The position numbers were made by a program, and so were the translations under genes. A stretch of DNA of 64,000 bases from Clostridia bacterium (lineage in GTDB: Bacteria; Bacillota; Clostridia; Oscillospirales; CAG-272): contig JAGAVJ010000021.1 of assembly GCA_017942005.1 (NCBI GenBank), forward strand, positions 102,676-166,675, read 5' to 3'. Under the pieces are notes generated by a model that was not told the origin of the DNA, did no database searches, and saw only the letters and a program-made list of their open reading frames with translations. Below, piece by piece: positions 47,333 to 56,785 of the stretch (positions within the stretch are counted from its first letter, which is position 1; every line of letters starts with the position of its first letter).

Positions 47333-47968
47333 ATGCCGCGCACAAAACAAGAGAGGGAACCTCTGTCGTGGGAGATTGAAAACGCCGTTTTTGCAAAAGG
47401 ATATCATGCGGTCTGCGGCTGTGATGAAGCCGGGCGCGGGCCGCTTGCCGGACCGGTTGTTGCAGCAGCAGTGATCCTGCCTGCCGGTCTGATTATTCCC
47501 GGACTGAACGATTCCAAAAAATTGTCCGAAAAAAAACGGGACGCTTTATACGACGTGATTGTAACGCAGGCAGAAGCCTATGCAATTGCACAGGCAACAG
47601 CCGAAGAAATTGACGAAATCAATATTCTGAATGCATCCATGCTTGCCATGCGCCGTGCGGTAGAAGCACTGCCAAAGCACCATGCAAACATCACCGCGGA
47701 TTTTGCGCTGATTGACGGTAATGTTTCCCGCGGATTTACGATACCGACACAAACCGTGGTCGGAGGGGATGCAAAATCGCCATCCATTGCGGCGGCATCT
47801 ATCCTTGCAAAGGTCACGCGTGACAGGCTTTGCCTTGAAATGGATGCCGCATATCCGGAGTATGGGTTTGCAAAGCATAAGGGATATCCGACCGCAGCCC
47901 ATATGGAAGCGGTACGTACCTTTGGTCCGTGTCCGCTGCATCGGCGCACGTTCTTGAAATTTTTATGA
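47333..47968 (+). CDS. rnhB: Ribonuclease HII
   Basis: DEAGRGPLAGPV, DSKKL, IAAASILAKVTRD. Confidence 0.97.
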   Translation: MPRTKQEREPLSWEIENAVFAKGYHAVCGCDEAGRGPLAGPVVAAAVILPAGLIIPGLNDSKKLSEKKRDALYDVIVTQAEAYAIAQATAEEIDEINILNASMLAMRRAVEALPKHHANITADFALIDGNVSRGFTIPTQTVVGGDAKSPSIAAASILAKVTRDRLCLEMDAAYPEYGFAKHKGYPTAAHMEAVRTFGPCPLHRRTFLKFL

Positions 47969-48010
47969 TGAGAATCAACGATGTCAGCGGGAGAGGGGCG
48001 CAGGTACGGA

Positions 48011-48430
48011 ATGGGAAAATTTGATCCGTCTAAGATGCGCAGCCGCGGCGACGTTGGCGAAGACGTCATTGCGGCATACCTTGAAGAACATAAGTGTACG
48101 ATCATCGCGCGGAATTTTACCGCGCGCGGCGGAGAAATTGATCTGATTGCGGAAAATGAAGTACGGATTCTCTTTGTGGAAGTCAAATCCCGTGTCATTG
48201 ATACAGATACGCTTCGTTATGGACGTCCGGCAGCCGCTGTGACATATGACAAGCAGCGTCGGATCATCTCCACTGCAAGGGAATATCTTCGCCGTCATCC
48301 AAGCGAAAAAGCAGTGCGTTTTGATGTCGCTGAGGTATTTTTATCAAAAGACACACCGCCTGTTGTACGGAATATCAACTATATGAAAAATGCTTTTATT
48401 TTACAAAAGGGGAGAAATGATTATGAATGA
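48011..48430 (+). CDS. YraN-family endonuclease
   Basis: GEIDLIA, FVEVK, RFDV. Start 47981 or 48011. Confidence 0.9.
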   Translation: MGKFDPSKMRSRGDVGEDVIAAYLEEHKCTIIARNFTARGGEIDLIAENEVRILFVEVKSRVIDTDTLRYGRPAAAVTYDKQRRIISTAREYLRRHPSEKAVRFDVAEVFLSKDTPPVVRNINYMKNAFILQKGRNDYE

Positions 48431-49400
48431 GCTTTCCTTTGACTGTGATGAACGGTTGCATGGCATCGGTCTTTGTGACCTGCATTGTGATACACTGCTT
48501 GAAATGGCACAGCACCAAGCGGATTTTTATGACAATTCGCTGCATTTGGGGTTTGATCGAGTCCATGCCTTCTCCTATTTTTTACAGGTGATGGCAATTT
48601 GGTCAAATACCCGGCTGTCGGACGACGACTGCTATGCGCAGTTCCTTTCTGCGACGGCGTATATGAAGGAACGGCTTTGTGCGCATCCGGAAATCACACA
48701 GTGCCGATGTGGAGAGGACGTGAAGCGTGTAAAAGCGCAGAATGGAAAAGGATTCATTCTTGCGGTAGAAGGCGGAAATCTTCTCTCAGAAGATGTGTCA
48801 CGGCTGGATGAAATTTATGCGCGCGGGGTGCGCTTCTTCACGCTGGTATGGGGTGGGGAAAGCCGCATGGGCGGTGCGCATGATGTCGGCGGAGGCTTGT
48901 CTCCTTTCGGCGTCAAGGCACTTAAGCGGATGTTTGCACTGGGAATCGTTCCGGATGTATCGCATGCATCAAAGGAAATCTTCTACCAAACAGCGGCTTA
49001 TGCGGACGATGCGGGAAAACCGTTTGTCGCAACGCATTCCAACAGTGCTGCCGTCTGGAATCATACACGGTGTCTGACCGATGAACAGTTCCGGATGATT
49101 CGGGACAGCGGCGGGATTGTCGGCGTTTCTTTTTGTACACCGCATCTCGGGGATACCGCAAAAGAAATCACGATTGGTACAGTGGTAGACCATATAGAGC
49201 ACTATCTTTCTCTTGGCGGCGAAAAAACCGTATGCTTTGGCGGAGACCTTGACGGAATTGGTTCTATGCCGACTCCGATGACAGGAGTGGAAAGTCTCCC
49301 CCTGTATTATGAGGAAATGGCAAAGCGCGGTTTTGGAGACGATTTGATTTATAATATTTTCTGTGGAAACGCACAGACATTTTTTGAAAAGAACTTATAA
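48423..49400 (+). CDS. M19 membrane-dipeptidase-family protein
   Basis: DLHCDT, DVSH, THSN, GGDLDG. Confidence 0.9.
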   Translation: MNELSFDCDERLHGIGLCDLHCDTLLEMAQHQADFYDNSLHLGFDRVHAFSYFLQVMAIWSNTRLSDDDCYAQFLSATAYMKERLCAHPEITQCRCGEDVKRVKAQNGKGFILAVEGGNLLSEDVSRLDEIYARGVRFFTLVWGGESRMGGAHDVGGGLSPFGVKALKRMFALGIVPDVSHASKEIFYQTAAYADDAGKPFVATHSNSAAVWNHTRCLTDEQFRMIRDSGGIVGVSFCTPHLGDTAKEITIGTVVDHIEHYLSLGGEKTVCFGGDLDGIGSMPTPMTGVESLPLYYEEMAKRGFGDDLIYNIFCGNAQTFFEKNL

Positions 49401-49539
49401 CGAAAAGCAAGATGTCTTTCCCCATCACGCCTTTATCGGCGGCAAAAGACACTTACTTCAGTTGAAATTCCACATTAGAAAGGAAAACCTTCGCACCGTT
49501 CAGTGTAACTGAACATGCGAAGTTATGGTTATAAAAATG
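49395..49539 (+). repeat. Structured start-site element, copy D (divergent 5' part)
   Basis: TCCACATTAGAAAGGAAA, long hairpin, TTATGGTTATAAAAATG; 3' half matches copy B. Confidence 0.7.
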
Positions 49540-51030
49540 AATTATATCAGCACACGCGGCGGAACAACTGCTGCAAACGGAATTCACAGCGCAGACGCAA
49601 TCAAGCAGGGACTTGCCGGAGACGGCGGTCTGTTTATGCCGGAATCCATTCCTGAAATCACAATGGAGGAAATTATCGCGCTGAGCAAACAATCCTATCC
49701 GGAACGTGCTGCCGCCATTCTCGGCAAATTTTTAACGGATTATCCGGCAGAGGAGCTGCTTTCCTACTGCAAATCTGCATACGCGGAAGAACGGTTTCCC
49801 GGCGGCGCAGCGCCCTTGCATAAATTAAACGATACGATCCATGTGATGGAATTGTGGCACGGTCCTACCTGCGCATTCAAGGATATGGCGCTTCAGATCA
49901 TGCCGAAGTTATTGTCCGGCGCACTGCGCATCACAGGGGAAACACGCACGGCGCTCATCCTTGTCGCAACCTCTGGCGATACCGGTAAAGCCGCGCTGGA
50001 GGGCTACCGTGATGTCGATCAGGTAAAGATCATGGTCTATTATCCGGTAGACGGCGTCTCAAAAATGCAGAAGCTGCAAATGGCGACACAGGAGGGCGGA
50101 AATGTCAATGTCTGTGCCATCCACGGCAACTTTGACGATGCACAAACCGGCGTTAAGAAAATTTTCTCCGATCCCGGCGCGGCAGCAGAACTGAACGAGA
50201 AGGGAATTTTCCTTTCCTCTGCAAACTCGATCAACTGGGGAAGACTGGTGCCGCAGGTGGCATATTATTTCTCTGCATACTGTGATCTTCTGAATGCAGG
50301 GGAAATCAAGGCAGGCGAGCAGATCAATGTTGCTGTACCGACAGGCAATTTCGGCAATATCTTTGCTGGGTATATTGCAAAGGAAATGGGACTTCCGGTC
50401 AAGCGTTTCCTCTGTGCTTCCAATAAAAATAATATTTTAACCGATTTCCTGAACACCGGCGTGTATGACCGCAACCGTGCGTTCTATACCACGATGTCGC
50501 CTTCGATGGACATTTTGATTTCCTCCAATCTCGAACGCCTTCTGTTCTTAAAAACCGGTGCAGCGGAAACCGCGTCTTATATGAAGCAGCTTTCGGAGAC
50601 CGGACGTTACGAAATTTCCGCATCCGCAAAGGCATCGATTGACCGGGACTTTACCGGCTATTTCTGTGATGAGGAGCACACTGCTGCCATCATCCGCGAT
50701 ACCTTCGACATCTATCACTACGTTGTTGATACCCATACCGCTGTCGGTTTGTCCGCTGCAGAGCAGTATATTGCCCAAACCGGCGATACCACAAAGATGG
50801 TGGTTGATTCGACCGCAAGCCCCTATAAGTTCGCCTCCAATGTCTGCCGTGCACTCACAGGTGACGATACGCCCATGGATGAATTTGATGCGCTGGAGCG
50901 TCTTTCCCAGGTTTCCGGCACGGAGATTCCCGCGCCGCTGGCTTCCTTAAAAACAAAGGAAGTACGGTTTACAAAGGTGATCAACCCTTGCGACATGCGT
51001 GCAGAGACGCTGAAAACCTCTGCAAAGTAA
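49525..51030 (+). CDS. thrC: Threonine synthase
   Basis: YISTRG, HGPTCAFKDMAL, ATSGDTG, NSINWGR, PTGNFGN. Start 49525 or 49537. Confidence 0.96.
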   Translation: MVIKMNYISTRGGTTAANGIHSADAIKQGLAGDGGLFMPESIPEITMEEIIALSKQSYPERAAAILGKFLTDYPAEELLSYCKSAYAEERFPGGAAPLHKLNDTIHVMELWHGPTCAFKDMALQIMPKLLSGALRITGETRTALILVATSGDTGKAALEGYRDVDQVKIMVYYPVDGVSKMQKLQMATQEGGNVNVCAIHGNFDDAQTGVKKIFSDPGAAAELNEKGIFLSSANSINWGRLVPQVAYYFSAYCDLLNAGEIKAGEQINVAVPTGNFGNIFAGYIAKEMGLPVKRFLCASNKNNILTDFLNTGVYDRNRAFYTTMSPSMDILISSNLERLLFLKTGAAETASYMKQLSETGRYEISASAKASIDRDFTGYFCDEEHTAAIIRDTFDIYHYVVDTHTAVGLSAAEQYIAQTGDTTKMVVDSTASPYKFASNVCRALTGDDTPMDEFDALERLSQVSGTEIPAPLASLKTKEVRFTKVINPCDMRAETLKTSAK

Positions 51031-51144
51031 GCGTATTTTCTCTATCGCTTTTTCTATGTACGAGAGGGTGTGTCTGCGATTTCGACACACCCCCCGCGTG
51101 TTTACCGTCCTGATGCACAGACGTGCAGGATACGGATGAGCATG

Positions 51145-51351
51145 TTACATGCTCTTCTGCTTAAAGGTTGCGCAAACGGTGTCGGTACAAGAAGTTGCAT
51201 AGCTGGGACCGACTGCAATACGCTCTGCGGTGCAGTAGCTGTCGCCGTCATGGTATACGCAGTTGCGGACATCGCAGGAAATTCCTTTGATGTGCTTCCC
51301 GTCAGTGTTTTTCGGCATATCGCCGGTTTCCATGGAATTAAAAAAGCCCAT
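51145..51351 (-). CDS. DUF1540 small Cys-rich protein
   Basis: CDVRNCVYH....CTA..I.V.......T.CATF. Confidence 0.85.
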   Translation of the reverse strand: MGFFNSMETGDMPKNTDGKHIKGISCDVRNCVYHDGDSYCTAERIAVGPSYATSCTDTVCATFKQKSM

Positions 51352-51418
51352 GAATGTTCACTCCTCTGCAATAAATGTTTTTATCATGATTTCGGAACGG
51401 TCTTGCGCTCCTGTGTAC

Positions 51419-51447
51419 AGTATGGACGAAAGTTTCTGAAACTATGC
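51419..51447 (-). promoter_or_regulatory. sigmaG-like forespore promoter of the DUF1540 gene
   Basis: Minus strand GCATA-N18-CATACT. Confidence 0.5.
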
Positions 51448-51475
51448 AATACTTTTGAAAGGATTTCTTTACCAT

Positions 51476-52216
51476 ATGTCAGTTTTCGTCATGGCCGATA
51501 CACATCTCTCCCTTTGTGTAAATAAACCGATGGACAAATTCGGCTCACGCTGGAAGAATCACACGGAAAAAATCCGGGAAAACTGGATGAATACCGTTTC
51601 CGCAGAAGATACCGTTGTCATCCCGGGAGATTTATCATGGGGAATTAATTTAGATGAATCCCTTGCGGATTTCCGCTTTATTGACAGTTTGCCGGGTAAG
51701 AAAATTCTTTTAAAGGGCAATCACGATTATTGGTGGGATACCGTAAAAAAAATGACATCATTTTTTGAAGCAAACGGAATTGCCACGATGTCGTTTTTGC
51801 ATAACAGCGCGGTCCGGTGTGAGAATTTTATTCTCTGCGGTTCCCGCGGCTGGTATACAGAGGACAAAAAGATTGTGACGCAGAATGATGTCGATACAAA
51901 GAAAATGATCGCACGTGAAGTCGGACGGCTGAAGCTTTCCCTGGATGCGGGAAAAGCACTGCAAAAGCAGGTCATGGAAACAGAAGGGAAAAACCTTGAA
52001 ATGCTGGTGTTTCTGCATTTTCCGCCGTACTTTAAAGGGTATATCTGTGATGAAATCATTTTGGAGTTGTACCGGTATGGTATCGAGCGGTGCTATTTCG
52101 GTCATATCCACGGTGTGTATGATGTCCCGGTCACACGGAAGTATATGGATATCAGCTTTACATTGACAGCAGGAGATTTTTTAAATTTTATTCCATTGAA
52201 AATCGAGCAAGCGTAA
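51476..52216 (+). CDS. Calcineurin-like metallophosphoesterase
   Basis: ADTH, GDLSW, GNHD, GHIH. Confidence 0.92.
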   Translation: MSVFVMADTHLSLCVNKPMDKFGSRWKNHTEKIRENWMNTVSAEDTVVIPGDLSWGINLDESLADFRFIDSLPGKKILLKGNHDYWWDTVKKMTSFFEANGIATMSFLHNSAVRCENFILCGSRGWYTEDKKIVTQNDVDTKKMIAREVGRLKLSLDAGKALQKQVMETEGKNLEMLVFLHFPPYFKGYICDEIILELYRYGIERCYFGHIHGVYDVPVTRKYMDISFTLTAGDFLNFIPLKIEQA

Positions 52217-52254
52217 ACTCTTTGTAAATTGTACGGGAAAATATAGAAAAATGC

Positions 52255-52283
52255 TTGACAATAAAGCAAATATAGAGTATAAT
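52255..52283 (+). promoter_or_regulatory. sigmaA promoter of tig
   Basis: TTGACA-N17-TATAAT. Confidence 0.8.
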
Positions 52284-52368
52284 TAAACGAAATAATATCT
52301 TTTGTTTATAAAAAACAAGATGATCAAGACTATAGATACTGACAAATGAATCTGGAGGACCAAAAGCA

Positions 52369-53700
52369 ATGAGCTTAATCAATGTAACCACCCCCGAAAA
52401 AAATGTCCGCGAGCTGGAAATCGGCGTAGAAAAAGCCGTATTTGACAAGGCATGCAACGCGGCTTATAAGAAAAATGTTGCCAAAATGACCATTCCCGGC
52501 TTCCGCAAGGGCAAGGCACCCCGTTCCATCGTTGAAAAGATGTACGGAACCGGTGTGTTTTATGAAGAAGCGCTGAACGATATCATTCCCGATGCATATG
52601 AAGAAGCAGTCAAGGCTTCCGGCATTGCGGACATCGTCAGCCGTCCTGAGTTCGACGTCAAGTCCATTGATGACAATGGCGTTGTCCTGCTTGCAAAGGT
52701 GTATGTAAAGCCGGAAGTCGTTGTCAAGGATTACCGCGGACTGGAAATTGAAGCAGCTGACACCGCTGTGACAGACGCAGAAATGGACGCAGAAATTCAG
52801 AAGCTGAGAGAGAGAAACTCCCGCGAAATCGCAGTGACAGACCGCGCAGCAAAGATGGGTGATACCGTTGTCTTTGATTTTGACGGTACGGTTGACGGTG
52901 TTGCTTTTGACGGCGGAAAGTCTGAAAATTACAGCCTCAAGCTTGGTTCCGGTCAGTTTATTCCCGGCTTTGAAGAGCAGATTGTCGGGAAATCCATCGA
53001 CGAAGCATTTGACGTCAATGTCACTTTCCCAGAGGATTATCACGCAGCAGAACTGGCAGGCAAAGCCGCTGTTTTTGCATGTAAGCTGCATGAGATCAAG
53101 GATATTGAGCTTCCTGCGCTGGATGACGAATTTGTCAAGGATATCTCTGAATTTGATACCCTGGATGCATATAAGGCCGATCTGCGGGTTAAAATGGAAG
53201 AGAGAAAGAAGACTGCTGCGGACAATGCTGCAAAGGAAACCCTCATTGCAAAGGTTGTCGAGAAGATGGAAGCCGATATCCCTGAACCCATGATCGAAAC
53301 AGAAGTTGAAAATCAGGTCAGAGATTTTGATATGCGTCTGCGCCAGCAGGGTATGAACTTAAAGACCTACTTCCAGTATACCGGTCTTGATCTGGACGGT
53401 ATGCGCGAGCAGTTTAAACCGATGGCAGAGCGTCAGGTCAAGGCACGCCTTGCACTGGAAGGTGTTGTTAAGGCAGAAGGCATTACTGCATCGGATGAAG
53501 AAATTGCAAAAGAATATGAAGATATTGCAAAGGGCTACAACATGACGGTAGAAGACGTTAAGAAATACGTGGACGATACCTCTGTTGCAAACGACATTAC
53601 CGTCCGTAAGGCAGTGGATTTCCTTGTGGAGAATGCTGTTTCCGTTGAGAAAAAGGAAGAAGCTTCCGAAGCTGCCTCTGATAATGCAGAAACCGTTTAA
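52369..53700 (+). CDS. tig: Trigger factor
   Basis: IPGFRKGKAP; FKBP domain FIPGFEEQ. Confidence 0.98.
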   Translation: MSLINVTTPEKNVRELEIGVEKAVFDKACNAAYKKNVAKMTIPGFRKGKAPRSIVEKMYGTGVFYEEALNDIIPDAYEEAVKASGIADIVSRPEFDVKSIDDNGVVLLAKVYVKPEVVVKDYRGLEIEAADTAVTDAEMDAEIQKLRERNSREIAVTDRAAKMGDTVVFDFDGTVDGVAFDGGKSENYSLKLGSGQFIPGFEEQIVGKSIDEAFDVNVTFPEDYHAAELAGKAAVFACKLHEIKDIELPALDDEFVKDISEFDTLDAYKADLRVKMEERKKTAADNAAKETLIAKVVEKMEADIPEPMIETEVENQVRDFDMRLRQQGMNLKTYFQYTGLDLDGMREQFKPMAERQVKARLALEGVVKAEGITASDEEIAKEYEDIAKGYNMTVEDVKKYVDDTSVANDITVRKAVDFLVENAVSVEKKEEASEAASDNAETV

Positions 53701-53883
53701 TATGAGCGTTCTCATGGAAAGGCATATCCCATAATCTAAGGATTGATAGATAGATTTAGCGGTCAACGTCTTTCCGATATCATCATCGCGGGTGGTACGC
53801 ATCATGCAGCCGCCCGCTTTTCCATTCGATTACAAAATTCAGCGATGCCGCTGGCACCGCTGTAATAAGAAAGGATAAAATCA

Positions 53884-54468
53884 ATGGCAGTTATTCCAAT
53901 GGTCGTAGAGCAGACCAGCCGCGGTGAGCGTTCTTATGATATCTACTCCCGCCTGCTCAATGACAGAATTATTTTTCTTGCAGATGAAGTCAATGACCAA
54001 ACCGCATCCCTGGTTGTCGCACAGCTTCTTTTCCTGGAAGCACAGGATCCCGATAAGGATATCAGCCTTTATATCAATAGCCCCGGTGGTTCCGTAACCG
54101 CAGGAATGGCGATTTACGATACCATGAACTTTATCAAGTGCGACGTTTCTACCATCTGTATCGGTATGGCGGCAAGCATGGGCGCTTTCCTGCTTTCTTC
54201 CGGAACAAAGGGAAAACGGATTGCATTGCCGAACAGTACCATTATGATTCATCAGCCGCTTGGCGGGACGCAGGGGCAGGCGTCGGACATTCAGATTCAT
54301 ACAGAATATTTATTAAAGACCAAACGGAAGCTGAATGAAATTCTTGCTGCCAATACCGGAAAACCGCTTGCGGACATTGAGCGTGATACAGACCGTGACA
54401 ACTTCCTGACAGCAGATCAAGCAAAAGAATACGGATTAATTGATGCGGTTTATACAAAGCGTGTGTAA
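53884..54468 (+). CDS. clpP: ClpP protease subunit
   Basis: YINSPGG, AASMG, MIHQP. Confidence 0.98.
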   Translation: MAVIPMVVEQTSRGERSYDIYSRLLNDRIIFLADEVNDQTASLVVAQLLFLEAQDPDKDISLYINSPGGSVTAGMAIYDTMNFIKCDVSTICIGMAASMGAFLLSSGTKGKRIALPNSTIMIHQPLGGTQGQASDIQIHTEYLLKTKRKLNEILAANTGKPLADIERDTDRDNFLTADQAKEYGLIDAVYTKRV

Positions 54469-54530
54469 GACAATCAAAAGTCATATTGCTTCATAAGCAC
54501 AAAAAAAGAGACGAAAGGAACACCATTCAC

Positions 54531-55832
54531 ATGGCTGAAAAAACACAGGGTTCCGGTACAAAACAGCTTCGCCGCTGCTCCTTCTGTGGGCGGACGGAAC
54601 AACAGGTTAATTTTTTAATTCCGGGTCCCAACGGCGTTTATATCTGTGATGTCTGCATCGATGCATGCAATCAGATCATAGCAGAACAGTTTCAAGACGG
54701 GCGAGAAGATGAAGAATTATCCTTGAGTGAGCTTCCAAAACCGAAGGAGATTAAGGCGCAGCTGGATGAATACGTCATTGGACAGGATGCAGCGAAAATA
54801 GCACTGTCCGTTGCCGTTTACAACCACTATAAACGCATTTACCATAAAGAAAATACAGATGAAGAAGACCAAAATGAAGTAGAGATTCAAAAAAGCAACG
54901 TACTTCTTTTGGGGCCGACCGGTGTCGGCAAGACATACCTTGCGCAGACCCTTGCGAAAACAATGCATGTGCCGTTTGCCATTGCAGATGCAACTACACT
55001 GACGGAAGCCGGTTATGTCGGCGAAGATGTGGAAAACATCCTTCTGCGTCTGATCCAGGCAGCGGATTTCGATGTGGAACGCGCAGAACGCGGTATCATT
55101 TACATTGATGAAATTGATAAAATTTCACGGCTGGGTGAAAACCGCTCGATCACAAGAGATGTTTCCGGAGAAGGCGTCCAGCAGGCGCTCTTAAAGATTC
55201 TGGAAGGTACCGTATCCAATGTCCCGCCGCAGGGAGGAAGAAAGCACCCGAATCAGGACTTCATCCAAATCAATACGGAGAATATCCTGTTTATCTGCGG
55301 TGGCGCTTTTGACGGACTTTCTGATATCATCACGCAGCGTGAAGGCGGAAAGACCATGGGCTTCCAGGGAAACATTAAGAAGAAAGAGGAAAAAGAAAAA
55401 GCCGGCGTTTATAAGAACGTGGAAGCACACGATATTGTAAAATACGGCTTGATTCCAGAGCTGGTCGGCCGTCTTCCGGTCATTGTCAGTCTGGATGATC
55501 TGGATTACCAGGCATTGACACGGATTCTGCGTGAACCGAAGAATTCGCTTGTCCGTCAATATACGAAGCTGTTCGAGTTGGACAATGTGGAGATCGTTTT
55601 TGACGACGATGCGTTGACTGCGATTGCAGAGCGTGCCATTGCGCGTGAAACCGGCGCGCGTGGTCTGCGTGCCATTATGGAAGAGCTTTTGCAGGGGATG
55701 ATGTATGAGCTGCCATCCAAAAAGGATGAAATCGGCACGGTTCGCATCACACGGGAATACGTGGAGACGAAACAAAATCCGGTCTACCTTCCAAGAACTG
55801 AAACACCATCTATTGAGGCGCCAAAAGAATAA
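54531..55832 (+). CDS. clpX: ClpX ATPase
   Basis: CSFCG zinc finger, [23 protein letters not shown]. Confidence 0.98.
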   Translation: MAEKTQGSGTKQLRRCSFCGRTEQQVNFLIPGPNGVYICDVCIDACNQIIAEQFQDGREDEELSLSELPKPKEIKAQLDEYVIGQDAAKIALSVAVYNHYKRIYHKENTDEEDQNEVEIQKSNVLLLGPTGVGKTYLAQTLAKTMHVPFAIADATTLTEAGYVGEDVENILLRLIQAADFDVERAERGIIYIDEIDKISRLGENRSITRDVSGEGVQQALLKILEGTVSNVPPQGGRKHPNQDFIQINTENILFICGGAFDGLSDIITQREGGKTMGFQGNIKKKEEKEKAGVYKNVEAHDIVKYGLIPELVGRLPVIVSLDDLDYQALTRILREPKNSLVRQYTKLFELDNVEIVFDDDALTAIAERAIARETGARGLRAIMEELLQGMMYELPSKKDEIGTVRITREYVETKQNPVYLPRTETPSIEAPKE

Positions 55833-55839
55833 AATTTTT

Positions 55840-55867
55840 ACGAGAACGATTTTAGAATCGTTCTCGT
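55840..55867. terminator. Hairpin after clpX
   Basis: ACGAGAACGATT / AATCGTTCTCGT perfect stem; no clear U-tract. Confidence 0.5.
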
Positions 55868-56000
55868 ATGATGCTTTTATGACTCACGTTATAATTCTGC
55901 ATTAGATATATGGTTGCCGCGGTATGGCAGCTGCGTTCAATTGGCGTCTTCATATGATATTTAATGTCAAACAAAGTATATGTAATCTAAGGGGAAGACT

Positions 56001-56582
56001 ATGCCATGCGTTGAAAAATTCAGAGAGACTCTTGAAAAATTTAATATAGATAAGGCGATTATTTCTAAAATTAACGATGGATATGAGAACGTTGTCAGTA
56101 AATCTCCAAAGAAAATAAAAGCAGCATATTTTAAGCGTGCGTTGGATATTATGACGGATAACGTAGATTCTCAGATGATACATGATATTTTTGAAATAAA
56201 CGCCTGTTGTAAGGGTGGTTCGAGAGCAAAAGCATCGAAGGCCTTTGCAAAAGAATTTGCGGATTGCTCATTAGACGATAAACTTGAGAAAATAAAACAA
56301 GTACCGTACATGGGAATACCTGTTAAAAATGATGATGGAACAATAACTGTTCATGCTGTCAGCTATTACAAAGACGGAAAATTTATGTGTGCCTGTCCCA
56401 ACTTTAATAACTTTGAATATGATTACGCCGTGTCAAAAGATTATTGCTTCTGCTGTGCAGGTCATTTTAAATATCATTATGAAATCATGCTTGGTGTGTC
56501 GCTTAAAACGGTTGAGATTCTGTCGTCGCCACTTGACAGCGGCGGACGTGACGCTTGCGTTATAAAATTTAAAATTGTGTAA
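56001..56582 (+). CDS. Cys-rich hypothetical protein (DUF6144-like)
   Basis: ACC, CACP, YCFCCAGH, terminal C..K motifs; AT-rich compared with its neighbours. Confidence 0.65.
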   Translation: MPCVEKFRETLEKFNIDKAIISKINDGYENVVSKSPKKIKAAYFKRALDIMTDNVDSQMIHDIFEINACCKGGSRAKASKAFAKEFADCSLDDKLEKIKQVPYMGIPVKNDDGTITVHAVSYYKDGKFMCACPNFNNFEYDYAVSKDYCFCCAGHFKYHYEIMLGVSLKTVEILSSPLDSGGRDACVIKFKIV

Positions 56583-56694
56583 TGTTTTATTTTTATAAAA
56601 CATTATATAAGCGATGGGATATTTTACCTTTTCGTATATAGTAAAAGTCTCATTTGCAATCACAGAACTATATATTTGTAACTCCCGCTGAAAA

Positions 56695-56740
56695 AACGAG
56701 ATGACTCCGACCGTCTATCAAGGCGGGAGTCATCTCGTTT
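56695..56740. terminator. Bidirectional terminator between convergent genes
   Basis: AAACGAGATGACTCC / GGAGTCATCTCGTTT. Confidence 0.75.
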
Positions 56741-56785
56741 GCATTATCGCGTAGGGGTCATACAATGTTTTACTGTATTGTATAA

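Noticed and set aside
49400-49525. T-box or threonine attenuator upstream of thrC
   Set aside because: No T-box consensus (AAGGTGGNACCRCG), no Thr-rich leader peptide and no terminator; the sequence matches the repeat family instead.
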